Assembly: GCA_016183025.1 (NCBI GenBank)
Contig: JACPFL010000027.1
Coordinates: 1 to 60,663 of the forward strand
Direction: 5' to 3'
DNA: 60,663 nucleotides
Source: Deltaproteobacteria bacterium
GTDB taxonomy: Bacteria > Desulfobacterota > JACPFL01
Part shown: positions 1 through 7,596 of the stretch, one piece after another
How the letters are laid out: the number at the start of each line of letters is the position of its first letter
How positions within the stretch are numbered: the first letter of the stretch is position 1
Program-made: the position numbers and the translations under genes
The notes under the pieces: model-generated
Seen by the model: the letters and a program-made list of their open reading frames with translations, nothing else
Told to the model about the DNA's origin: nothing
Database searches by the model: none

Positions 1-244
1 CGACCCCCGAGATCACCAGGGGAGCGCCGGGCATCAGCGTGATCTCCAGTGCCAGCCCCTGGTTCCGGAAATAGCCCTGGTCTTCCGCGACGAAGACCGG
101 GATCATGGTGAGCTCCCGCGCCCCTGTGAGGTACTTCAGCCGCGTCTGCGCATCCGCGGCGCCGGGAGCGCTGAGAAGCCCGATCCCCACGGCCAGGATC
201 ACCAGCCCCGCGAGGCCGGCCCGATACGGTCCAAGGTCGCTCAT
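1..244 (-). CDS. ABC-type periplasmic substrate-binding protein, NMT1/THI5 (nitrate/sulfonate/bicarbonate-like) family. Only the N-terminal part is present; the gene runs off the window edge.
   Basis: Absent from the ORF track because there is no stop inside the window. The reverse complement from ATG (244-242) reads MSDLGPYRAGLAGLVILAVGIGLLSAPGAADAQTRLKYLTGARELTMIPVFVAEDQGYFRNQGLALEITLMPGAPLVISGV. This is a signal peptide followed by the GyF..eGl..e opening seen in the complete paralogue at 27194..28231. GAGGAGG lies 6 nt upstream. The start is 10 nt after the stop of the coxM-like gene. Confidence 0.6.
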   Translation of the reverse strand, partial: MSDLGPYRAGLAGLVILAVGIGLLSAPGAADAQTRLKYLTGARELTMIPVFVAEDQGYFRNQGLALEITLMPGAPLVISGV

Positions 245-254
245 CGCTGCCTCC

Positions 255-1145
255 TCATCGCCGATCTTGCGGGGGATTCCCCGCAGGCTGTGCCAGGGCC
301 TGCTCGAGCGCGCGGCGGGTGAAGAGCACGGCCATGTCCCGCTTGTACTCGGCCGAGCCCCGCAGATCGCTCGTGGGCTGGACCTCATTGCGGACCTCCT
401 CAGCCGCGGCCCGCAGCAGTTCCGGGGTGAGCCGGGCGCCGCGGAGCACGGCCTCGGCCCGTCGCGCGCGGATCGGGGTGGGCCCCACGCAGGTCAGGCC
501 GATGCGCGCCTCCCGGCAGTGGGCCCCGGTTCCGTCGAGCGTCAGGGCGACCGCCACGGTCACGGTCCCGTAGTCGTCGGCCGTGCGCGGGAGGAACTTG
601 ATGAACCCCCAGCGGGCGCCGGCCGGCGGCATCGGCACTTCGAGCTCAGTGAGGAGCTCCCCGGGCTGGAGCACCGTTTCGTAGTAATCGCGGTAGAAGT
701 CGTGGAGCGGGATGGTCCGGCTCCCCGCAGCGGAGCTGAGCCGGACCCGCGCATCGAGCGCGAGCAGGGCTGCGGGCGGGTCCTGGGCCGGGTCCCCGTG
801 GGCCAGGCCGCCCCCGACCGTGGCCGCATTCCGGATCCGCACGGTCGCCACGTGGCGGTACGCCTCGGTCAGGAGCGGCAGTCGGGTGCCGACCAGCGGG
901 TCGCGCTCGGCCCGGCGGTGGGTGACGAGGGCGCCGAGCCGGATGACGCCGTCGGCTGCGCTGATCGCCCCCAGGCCGGCAATCCGGCGCAGGCTGACCA
1001 GGCACCCGGGGCGCGCGAGCCCGAGGCGCATGAGCAGGACGAGCGCCGTGCCGCCGGCCACGGGCCGGGCGTCCTCGCCGTAGGCGGCAAGGGCCGCGTA
1101 GGCCTCCTCCAGGCTCCGGGGCTCCCGGTACTCGAACGCGTGCAT
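255..1145 (-). CDS. Molybdenum hydroxylase (xanthine dehydrogenase/CO dehydrogenase family) FAD-binding medium subunit, CoxM/XdhB-like
   Basis: The 296-aa track ORF MHAFEYREPRSLEEAYAALAAYGEDARPVAGGTALVLLMRLGL... shows the FAD-binding PCMH-type pattern and the C-terminal CO-dehydrogenase-flavoprotein-like region. It starts 12 nt after the 2Fe-2S subunit gene. Confidence 0.85.
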   Translation of the reverse strand: MHAFEYREPRSLEEAYAALAAYGEDARPVAGGTALVLLMRLGLARPGCLVSLRRIAGLGAISAADGVIRLGALVTHRRAERDPLVGTRLPLLTEAYRHVATVRIRNAATVGGGLAHGDPAQDPPAALLALDARVRLSSAAGSRTIPLHDFYRDYYETVLQPGELLTELEVPMPPAGARWGFIKFLPRTADDYGTVTVAVALTLDGTGAHCREARIGLTCVGPTPIRARRAEAVLRGARLTPELLRAAAEEVRNEVQPTSDLRGSAEYKRDMAVLFTRRALEQALAQPAGNPPQDRR

Positions 1146-1157
1146 TCGGGTCTCCGC

Positions 1158-1736
1158 TCAGCGGGCCGCCAGGCGGCCGGCCCTGGCGCCAGCCGGCCCC
1201 TGTCGGGCGGTTGCCCCGTCCCCGGCGCCCGCTCCCCGCAGCCGCCCGGCCGCGCGCTGCACGGACTCCACGATCTTGTAGTAGCCGGTGCACCTGCACA
1301 GGTTCCCCATCATCCACTCCTTGATCTCCTCCTCGGTGGGCGTGGGGTTGTCGTCCAGCAGGGCCTTGGCGGCCATGATCTGCCCGGGGGTGCAGATCCC
1401 GCACTGGAAGCCCCCGTACTCGATGAAGCAGTCCTGGACCGGGTGCAGCTCCGCCCCCACGGCCAGCCCCTCGATCGTCGTGACCTCGCCCCCGTCAGCG
1501 AAGACGGCCAGGGTGAGGCAGGAGGCGACCATCTGGCCGTCGAGCAGCACGGTGCAGAGCCCGCAGACCCCCACGCCGCACCCTTCCTTCGTTCCGGTCA
1601 GCCCCAGGTCGTAGCGCAGGAAGTCCACGAGGAGGCGGTTCGGGCGCACCTCGCATTCGTGCTCCTGCCCGTTGACCTGGATGCGGATGCGCCGGATGGC
1701 GGCGGCTGGCGATGCGGTCACGGATGACGTCATAGT
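1158..1736 (-). CDS. Molybdenum hydroxylase [2Fe-2S]-binding small subunit, CoxS-like
   Basis: Both cysteine clusters are visible (EGCGVGVCGLCTV; FQCGICTPG ... CRCTGY). I moved the start from the track value (1847) to ATG 1736 (MTSSVTASP...), 10 nt after the large-subunit stop. The upstream track codons overlap the large-subunit gene. Confidence 0.9.
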   Translation of the reverse strand, partial: TMTSSVTASPAAAIRRIRIQVNGQEHECEVRPNRLLVDFLRYDLGLTGTKEGCGVGVCGLCTVLLDGQMVASCLTLAVFADGGEVTTIEGLAVGAELHPVQDCFIEYGGFQCGICTPGQIMAAKALLDDNPTPTEEEIKEWMMGNLCRCTGYYKIVESVQRAAGRLRGAGAGDGATARQGPAGARAGRLAAR

Positions 1737-1746
1737 TGGGTCCTCA

Positions 1747-3990
1747 TCAACGGGTCGGCGCCGGTCGGGCCCGGAGGGCCTGGTGGATCTTCTCGGCCGT
1801 GATCGGGAGATCGGTGATCCGGACCCCCACCGCGTCGAAGACCGCATTGGCCACGGCCGGGGCGACCGTGCTGATGCTGTGCTCGCCGATGGCCTTCCCC
1901 TCGAAGGGCACAGGCCCCCCGGGCTCCTCCAGGAGCACGGTCTCGAGAGGCGGGATGTCTTTGATGGTAGGGAGCTTGTACTCGCCCAGGTGTGACGCGG
2001 CCACCCGCCCCTCCTCGATCACCAGGTTCTCCATCAGGGCGTAGCCGAGCCCTTGGATGGCGCCCCCCTCGATCTGCCCCTGGTGGGTCTGGGGGTTGAG
2101 CACCCGCCCCACGTCGTGGGCCGTGACCAGCCGGCGCAGGTGGACCTGACCGCTCTCCGGGTCCACCTCCACCTCGGCGGCCTGCACGCTGAAGGAAGTC
2201 AGGGCCGCGTAGTGGTCGGCCACATAGGTCTCGACGACCTGGAGCGGGCCGTGGCGCTTGGTGACCTCGTCCAGCGATAGGCGCCGGGTCCCGTCGGCCA
2301 CGATCCAGCCGTCGCGCAGGTCGAGCTTCTCAGCGGGGAGCGTCAGCTCCTGCGCGGCGCGCTCCAGCACGCGGCGGCGCATGGTCGTGGCCGCCTGCCA
2401 GGCTGCCCGGCCCACCACGTGGGTGACGCGCGAGCCACCGGCCCCCGAGTCCGGCGGGAGCTGGTCGGTGGAGCCCATGGCGACCTCCACCTGGCCCAGG
2501 GGGAGCGCGAGGACCTCGGCGACGATCTGCCGGAGGACGGTGGGGGCGCCGGTCCCGGTGTCCGGCACCCCGGTCAGCACCCGCACCAGTCCATTGAGCT
2601 CCAGGGCGACCTCGGCCGAGCCCTGGCCGATCCCGACGTGCCGTTCCCCCGCGGCCAGCCCGCGGCCGATGCAGGGGCCGGGCTTGGGGGTCCCCCAACC
2701 GATGGCCCGGCCCGCGGCCTCCAGCGTCTGGCGCAGGCGGACGTGTGTGAGGCGGTGCCCGGTGACGAGCGGGTCGCCCTCCGCGAGGCCATTGCGCAGA
2801 CGGAACTCCAGCGGATCCACCCCCAGCTCCGCCGCGATCATGTCCGTCTGGGACTCGACGGCGAAGATCATCTGCGGTTCCCCCGGGGCCCGCATGTGCC
2901 CGCAGGGGACCCCGTTGGTGTACACGGAGTACGCGTCGATCTGCAGGTGCGGGATGCGGTAGACCCCCCCGCCGGCCGCGGCCCCGCCGAGGTTGACGAA
3001 CGGCGTGGGCTTCATGGCCCCGTAGGCGCCGCTGTTGAAGATCGCTCGGGCATGGCGGGCGCAGAACCGCCCATCGCGGGTGACGCCGGTCCTGAGGGTG
3101 ATGACCGAGGCATGCCGGGGGTTGGCCGCGGTCAGCTCCTCGACGTAGCTCATGACGGCCTTCACCGGCCGGCCGGTCCGCTGGACCAGGTAGTAGCAGA
3201 GGGGGAGGTCCATGACCGACCCCTTCCCCCCGAAGTCGGCCCCGAGGTAGATCGGCTGCACCGTGATCATCTCCTCGGGGAGGTCCAGACTCTCGCTGAG
3301 ATGCTTGCGCAGCACGAACGGGGTCTTGTTCGTGGCCCAGACCTGCAGCCGACCCGAGCCATCGACCTCGACCACGCCCGCGTGCGGCTCCAGGTACCCC
3401 TGGTGCACGAAGGGGGTCCGGAAGCTGTGCTCGAAGACCCGATGCGCCTCCCGGAACCCCTGCGCCAGGTCGCCCATGCTCCAGCGGGCCAGCGAGTGCA
3501 CGTTTGGGATGTCAGGCGGCGGCGCGGGGAGCCCCTCATAGGTCGCCAGCGCCTCGTGGAGGATCGGGGCGCCGGGCTGCATGGCGGCCTCCGGGTCGAA
3601 GACTGCCGGCAGCTCTTCGTGCTCGACCTCGATCAGCCCCAGGGCCTCCTCGGCCACGTCCGGGTCCTCGGCGGCAACCGCGGCCACGCGCTCGCCGATG
3701 AACCGCACCCGGTCCCGGGCCAGGAAGGGCATGTCCCGCAGGCGTCGGCCGTACAGGCGGGGTGGGATATCGGCGCCCGTGAGCACCGCCTTCACCCCAC
3801 GCAGGGCTCGGGCGCGGCTCACGTCCACGCTCAGGACCCGCGCGTGCGGGTAGGGGCTGCGCAGGAACTTCGCCCAGAGCATCCCGGGGAGGGTGATGTC
3901 GGCGGAGTAGCGCGCCTCCCCCCGGACTTTCAACGGCCCCTCGACCCGGGGGACCGGGCTCCCGATCACGTGTGCTCCTGTCATGGTCAT
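1747..3990 (-). CDS. Molybdenum hydroxylase molybdopterin-binding large subunit (aldehyde oxidase/xanthine dehydrogenase family, CoxL-like); substrate unknown
   Basis: An a/b-hammerhead N-terminus (PRVEGPLKVRGEARYSADI) and a GADFGGKG motif are visible across about 750 aa. I set the start to ATG 3990 (MTMTGAHVIG) because AAGGAG lies 7 nt upstream. The track start at 4026 remains possible. Confidence 0.9.
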   Translation of the reverse strand: MTMTGAHVIGSPVPRVEGPLKVRGEARYSADITLPGMLWAKFLRSPYPHARVLSVDVSRARALRGVKAVLTGADIPPRLYGRRLRDMPFLARDRVRFIGERVAAVAAEDPDVAEEALGLIEVEHEELPAVFDPEAAMQPGAPILHEALATYEGLPAPPPDIPNVHSLARWSMGDLAQGFREAHRVFEHSFRTPFVHQGYLEPHAGVVEVDGSGRLQVWATNKTPFVLRKHLSESLDLPEEMITVQPIYLGADFGGKGSVMDLPLCYYLVQRTGRPVKAVMSYVEELTAANPRHASVITLRTGVTRDGRFCARHARAIFNSGAYGAMKPTPFVNLGGAAAGGGVYRIPHLQIDAYSVYTNGVPCGHMRAPGEPQMIFAVESQTDMIAAELGVDPLEFRLRNGLAEGDPLVTGHRLTHVRLRQTLEAAGRAIGWGTPKPGPCIGRGLAAGERHVGIGQGSAEVALELNGLVRVLTGVPDTGTGAPTVLRQIVAEVLALPLGQVEVAMGSTDQLPPDSGAGGSRVTHVVGRAAWQAATTMRRRVLERAAQELTLPAEKLDLRDGWIVADGTRRLSLDEVTKRHGPLQVVETYVADHYAALTSFSVQAAEVEVDPESGQVHLRRLVTAHDVGRVLNPQTHQGQIEGGAIQGLGYALMENLVIEEGRVAASHLGEYKLPTIKDIPPLETVLLEEPGGPVPFEGKAIGEHSISTVAPAVANAVFDAVGVRITDLPITAEKIHQALRARPAPTR

Positions 3991-4271
3991 TCGGTGCTCC
4001 TTCTGGATCCGCGGTGCGTTCTCCATTCTTAGCGGTTTCTCCTCCCTTCCGGCAAGGCCAACTGGGCTTGGTCAGCTCCGCACCTCCTGCTCGAGCGGGG
4101 GAGGGAGGAGGGACGTCAAGCCGGCCCCTACGATCGCGCTGCTGTCATACCAGTCGTCCAACCCCCTAAAATCGTGGAGGTCGTGCTGGCCAGGTCTGCT
4201 CCCCCAAGGAAGACCGCCTCGAATTTTTCCCTGGACGAGATCGCGGGCCAAGGTAGTCTTAAACCAAGCGG

Positions 4272-4580
4272 ATGAAAGAAGCGGAGGAATCGGAGCGGAT
4301 GGCAACACTTGCCCATAAGGTCCAGGTTCTCTTGACCGGCGAGCAGCACCGAGCGCTCCTCAAGCTGGCGAAGGAGCGGGGGAAGCCCCTGAGCGCTCTC
4401 CTCCGTGATGGCGTCGTGGAGCAACTCCTGAAGGAGGCCCGCCGGGCGACCAAGCAGAAGGCGTTCGAGGAGATCACGGCCATGGCCCTTCCGGTCGCCG
4501 ATTGGCCGGAGATGGAGCAAGAGATCGAGCGGGCCCACGACTGCTCCGCGGAGAGGGAGCGCAGGGGAGGAGCGCCATGA
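4272..4580 (+). CDS. Ribbon-helix-helix (CopG/antitoxin-like) DNA-binding protein
   Basis: The N-terminus KVQVLLTGEQHRALLKLAKERGKPLSALLRDGVVEQLL fits an RHH fold, and the tail is acidic (WPEMEQEIERAHD). The start is ATG 4272 or ATG 4299 (GGAGGA about 10 nt upstream). The stop TGA 4578-4580 overlaps the next gene's ATG. Confidence 0.6.
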   Translation: MKEAEESERMATLAHKVQVLLTGEQHRALLKLAKERGKPLSALLRDGVVEQLLKEARRATKQKAFEEITAMALPVADWPEMEQEIERAHDCSAERERRGGAP

Positions 4581-4900
4581 ACGTGCGTGATGTCCGGACC
4601 GCCTGGAGTTTCTCGGCGGACAAGATGAAGAAGGTCGGCCTCGTGGAGACCGACCGGATGTTCTGCGACGTCTATTGCTTCGAGCCGGGCCAGGAGCAGA
4701 AACCCCATACCCATCCCGGGTCCGACAAGGTCTATGTCGTCCTGGAAGGGCAGGGGCGGTTTGCCGTGGATGGGGAGGTCCGGGAGCTGGGCCGGGAGCA
4801 GCTCATCCATGTCCCTCCCGGGGCCGAGCACGGCGTGACGAACCCGGGCCCGGGCCGCCTGGTGCTGCTGGTCTTCATGGCCCCCAAGCCCACGCACTAG
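4577..4900 (+). CDS. Cupin-domain protein (single-domain, about 107 aa)
   Basis: I moved the start to ATG 4577 (MNVRDV...), which gives an ATGA overlap with the upstream stop. Both cupin motifs are visible: GQEQKPHTHPGSD (G-x5-HxH) and PPGAEHGVTN (PxGxxHxxxN). Confidence 0.8.
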   Translation: MNVRDVRTAWSFSADKMKKVGLVETDRMFCDVYCFEPGQEQKPHTHPGSDKVYVVLEGQGRFAVDGEVRELGREQLIHVPPGAEHGVTNPGPGRLVLLVFMAPKPTH

Positions 4901-4912
4901 GGAGGGACCAGG

Positions 4913-5344
4913 ATGCCCGAGGGCAAGGGTGTGGAGGCGGAGCTGCGGCAGGCGAACGAGCGCTTCTACCGGGCGTTCGAAAGCCTGGACCTTGGCCGCA
5001 TGGAAGAGGTCTGGCTGACCGACGCGGCGGTCACCTGCATACACCCCGGCTGGACCCTGCGCGCCGGCTGGCCCGAGGTTCGGGAGAGCTGGGCGCTCAT
5101 CTTCGGCAACACCGAGATGATCCGGTTCGCGGTCACCGATGTGGAGACTTTCGTCCGGGGCACCTGTGGGTGGGCCATCTGCCTGGAGAACATCCTCAGC
5201 GCCACAGGCGGGGTCGCCCTGGAGAGCCGGGTCCTCGCCACCAACATCTTCGAACGCCGTGAGGGGCGCTGGGCGCTTGTCCACCACCACGGCTCCCCGG
5301 TGGTGACTGCGGCACCCCCGGTCCGCCGACCGCGGGTGCACTGA
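4913..5344 (+). CDS. SnoaL-like / NTF2-like (DUF4440-type) small protein
   Basis: The 143-aa protein reads ELRQANERFYRAFESLDLGRMEEVWL ... ATNIFERREGRWALVHHHGSP, typical of the NTF2-like fold family. It starts 12 nt after the cupin stop. Confidence 0.65.
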   Translation: MPEGKGVEAELRQANERFYRAFESLDLGRMEEVWLTDAAVTCIHPGWTLRAGWPEVRESWALIFGNTEMIRFAVTDVETFVRGTCGWAICLENILSATGGVALESRVLATNIFERREGRWALVHHHGSPVVTAAPPVRRPRVH

Positions 5345-5418
5345 CCCTGGCCGCGGGGCCCGCGGGGCCGCTCACGGACGGCCATGCCGGTCAATCTCGG
5401 GAGCGTGAGCGGGGGCTG

Positions 5419-5928
5419 TCAGGAGGGAGCGGACGAGGGGGTGACTCGAACCTCGACGAGGCCGAGCAGCGCCCTGCCGTCGACCAGGATGATCGGGAGG
5501 ACTCCTGCGGCCAGCTTCATGGCCTCCTCGGAGAAGGTCCCGGTGGTCATCGCGATCCCCTTGGAGACCTGCTCGGCCTGGACCACACTGGCCAGGGCCA
5601 TGAGCCGCGGCGACTCGACGATGCCATCCGGCGGGTGATAGATCCCGAGCACGAGGTAGCGGTCTCCCCCGAACGGGCGAGGATCTGACGCGGTGATCTC
5701 GAACTCTGCTGGACCCGTGATGGTGGGAAGGTCCGCGTTGAGGCCCATTCGCTCGAGCGCCCGCTGACAGAGCGCCTGAAATTCCTGAAAATCCAGCCCG
5801 CCGAGCCACTCCAGCTCCTCGTCCGGCTTCACGCGCGGAGCCTGTTCAGCCAGGGGCTTGGAGGTCAGGGCGATGGCCACCATGAGGACGATGGCCAGGA
5901 CGAACCCGAACACGATCAGTGCGATCAT
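5419..5928 (-). CDS. Membrane-anchored protein with an Mrr-type restriction-endonuclease-like domain (catalytic motif unclear)
   Basis: I trimmed the track ORF (5419..6300) to ATG 5928. MIALIVFGFVLAIVLMVAIALTS is one TM helix. It is followed by LDFQEFQALCQRALERMGL ... KGIAMTTGTFSEEAMKLAAG..PIILVDGRALLGLV, the outline of an Mrr_cat domain. The upstream 124 track codons are Arg/Pro/Ser-rich and look non-coding. Confidence 0.55.
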   Translation of the reverse strand: MIALIVFGFVLAIVLMVAIALTSKPLAEQAPRVKPDEELEWLGGLDFQEFQALCQRALERMGLNADLPTITGPAEFEITASDPRPFGGDRYLVLGIYHPPDGIVESPRLMALASVVQAEQVSKGIAMTTGTFSEEAMKLAAGVLPIILVDGRALLGLVEVRVTPSSAPS

Positions 5929-5992
5929 GGGGCCAGCATACCAGAGCCCCGGCGACCCGTGGAAAAATCCTCTAGGGTGGCAAGGGGTTGGG

Positions 5993-6022
5993 TTGACACA
6001 CCCCGAAACACGGCGGTACAGT
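5993..6022 (+). promoter_or_regulatory. sigma70-like promoter candidate for the aldehyde dehydrogenase run
   Basis: TTGACA (5993-5998), an 18-nt spacer, then TACAGT (6017-6022). A leader of about 105 nt follows, with GGGAGGAG before ATG 6128. Confidence 0.35.
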
Positions 6023-6127
6023 AGGTGGCGATGTTTTCGGAGGCCCGGACGGCGCTCGCCAGGCCGCTGCGGGCCGCGGTGATGTGCGCGCGGTTGGGCG
6101 CGGGGCCTGAGGGAGGAGCCACACACG

Positions 6128-7529
6128 ATGGCGAAGATGCTCATCGCCGGCGAACTGGTGGACTCGGAACGCCGGGAGACCGCCGAGATCCGGAACCCCG
6201 CGACCGGGGAGGTCGTGGATGCCGTCCCCAAGGGCACGCGGGAGGACATGCGGCGTGCCATTGACGTGGCCCATGAAGCCCTGAAAGGCTGGGCGGTCAC
6301 CCCGCCATCCCGCCGCGGTGAGATCCTGCACGAGGCCTACCACCGCATCAAGGACAGGGAGAAGGAGCTGGCCGAGCTGCTCACCCGGGAGCAGGGGAAG
6401 CCGGTGCGTGAAAGCGTCCTGGAGATCCGGCGCTTCCTGCACACCATCGAGCACTACGCCGGGCTGGGCAAGGCCATCCGGGGCGGCTACGTCCCCTTGA
6501 TCGACGAGGGGAAGTACGGCCTCATCCTCAAGCGCCCCATCGGGGTCTGCGGGGCCATCGTCCCCTGGAACTTCCCCGTCTCCCTCATGGGGAACAAGCT
6601 GGGCCCGGCCCTGCTCTGTGGGAATACGGTCGTCGTGAAGCCCGCCGGGACGACCCCGCTGACGGCCATCCGCGTGGTGGAGCTGATGAACCAGGCCGGG
6701 CTGCCGCCCGGCGTGCTGAACATCGTGACCGGGCCGGGGAGCACGGCGGGCGAGGAGCTGCTAGTCAACTCCAAGGTCCGCAAGATCGGCTTCACCGGGG
6801 CCACCGACACCGGGCGGCACGTCATGGAGGTCGCCTCGCGAGAGATCAAGCGGGTCACGCTGGAGCTGGGCGGCAGTGATCCGATGATCGTCTGCGATGA
6901 CGCGGACCTGGAGAAGGCCGTGAGCGCCGCGGCCGTGGGGCGCTTCTTCAACTGCGGTCAGGCGTGTCTGGCCGTGAAGCGCCTCTACCTCTTCGAGCGG
7001 ATCGCCGAGCCGTTCATCGAGAAGCTGGCCGGGCGGACGCGGAAGTTGAAGCTGGGCAACGGCCTGCACCCGGACACGCGCGTGGGCCCGCTGCATACCC
7101 CGGCGCAGCGACAAGAGGTGGAGGAGCAGATGGAGGATGCCCTGGCCCGGGGGGCCAAGGCCATCGTCGGCGGCGCCCGGCCCGAGGGAGCGGAGTACGA
7201 GAAGGGGTCCTTCTACCTGCCGACCCTGCTCGTCAACGTGCCCGACGAGGCGCGGGTGGTGCAGGAGGAGGTCTTCGGGCCGGCCCTGCCCATCATGGTC
7301 GTCCGGGACCTGGATGAGGCCATCGCGCGGGCCAACCACTCCATCTTCGGCCTGGGCTCCTCGGTGTGGACCCGCGACCTGGACCGTGCCACTCAGGCCG
7401 CCGAGCAGCTCGAGGCGGGCTATACTGCCCTTCGGGGGAGTGAAGCAGAGCGGCGTGGGCAAGGAGCACGGCTCCGAGGTCCTGGACTACTACATGGAGA
7501 GCAAGGCGGTCGTGGTCGCGGCGGGGTAG
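6128..7529 (+). pseudogene. Aldehyde dehydrogenase family gene (tandem copy 1), disrupted by a deletion of about 35 nt plus a frameshift near 7420-7425
   Basis: The gene aligns with copy 2 from MAKMLIAGE... to ...EQLEAG. It then loses the NVWVNSLHIG(YDE) block, and the conserved tail ILPFGGVKQSGVGKEHGSEVLDYYMESKAVVVAAG* continues in another frame to a stop at 7529. The same-frame extension in the track (to 7648) is Arg/Gly-rich nonsense that overlaps the start of copy 2. Confidence 0.65.
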
Positions 7530-7596
7530 CTGTCCGAAGTGGTCGGCGCCGCCACGCCCACGCGGGGGCGGCTGGAGCGCAGTCCGGGAGGAATCG

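Noticed and set aside
105-1727. Very long ORFs in the track lying antisense to, or out of frame with, recognisable genes. Examples: 105..1727 (+), 2419..4032 (+), 10517..13711 (-), 25007..28246 (+), 37556..39214 (-), 44288..46192 (+), 48083..49915 (-), 51072..52721 (-).
   Set aside because: Their translations are Arg/Pro/Gly/Ala-rich low complexity with no family motifs. Each fully overlaps a gene with clear family signatures on the other strand or frame. This is the expected stop-codon-poor artefact of high G+C.
1747-3990. Calling the Mo-hydroxylase a form I aerobic CO dehydrogenase (coxL).
   Set aside because: I did not see the AYRCSFR-type active-site loop, so I keep the generic xanthine dehydrogenase/aldehyde oxidase family call.
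3991-4271. Possible Moco riboswitch or other leader RNA upstream of the molybdenum hydroxylase operon (minus strand), in a locally less GC-rich intergenic region.
   Set aside because: I could not find the conserved Moco-motif core elements by eye. Only an SD-like GGGAGGAG and generic GC stems are present. An Infernal scan would be needed, so I make no call.
5345-5418. A perfect tandem 9-mer CGCGGGGCC x2 (5352-5369), also foldable as a short GC stem, in the convergent gap between the NTF2-like and Mrr-like genes; possible bidirectional terminator.
   Set aside because: The stem would have a 1-3-nt loop and no U-tract. This is too weak to call a terminator and may simply be GC-rich slippage.
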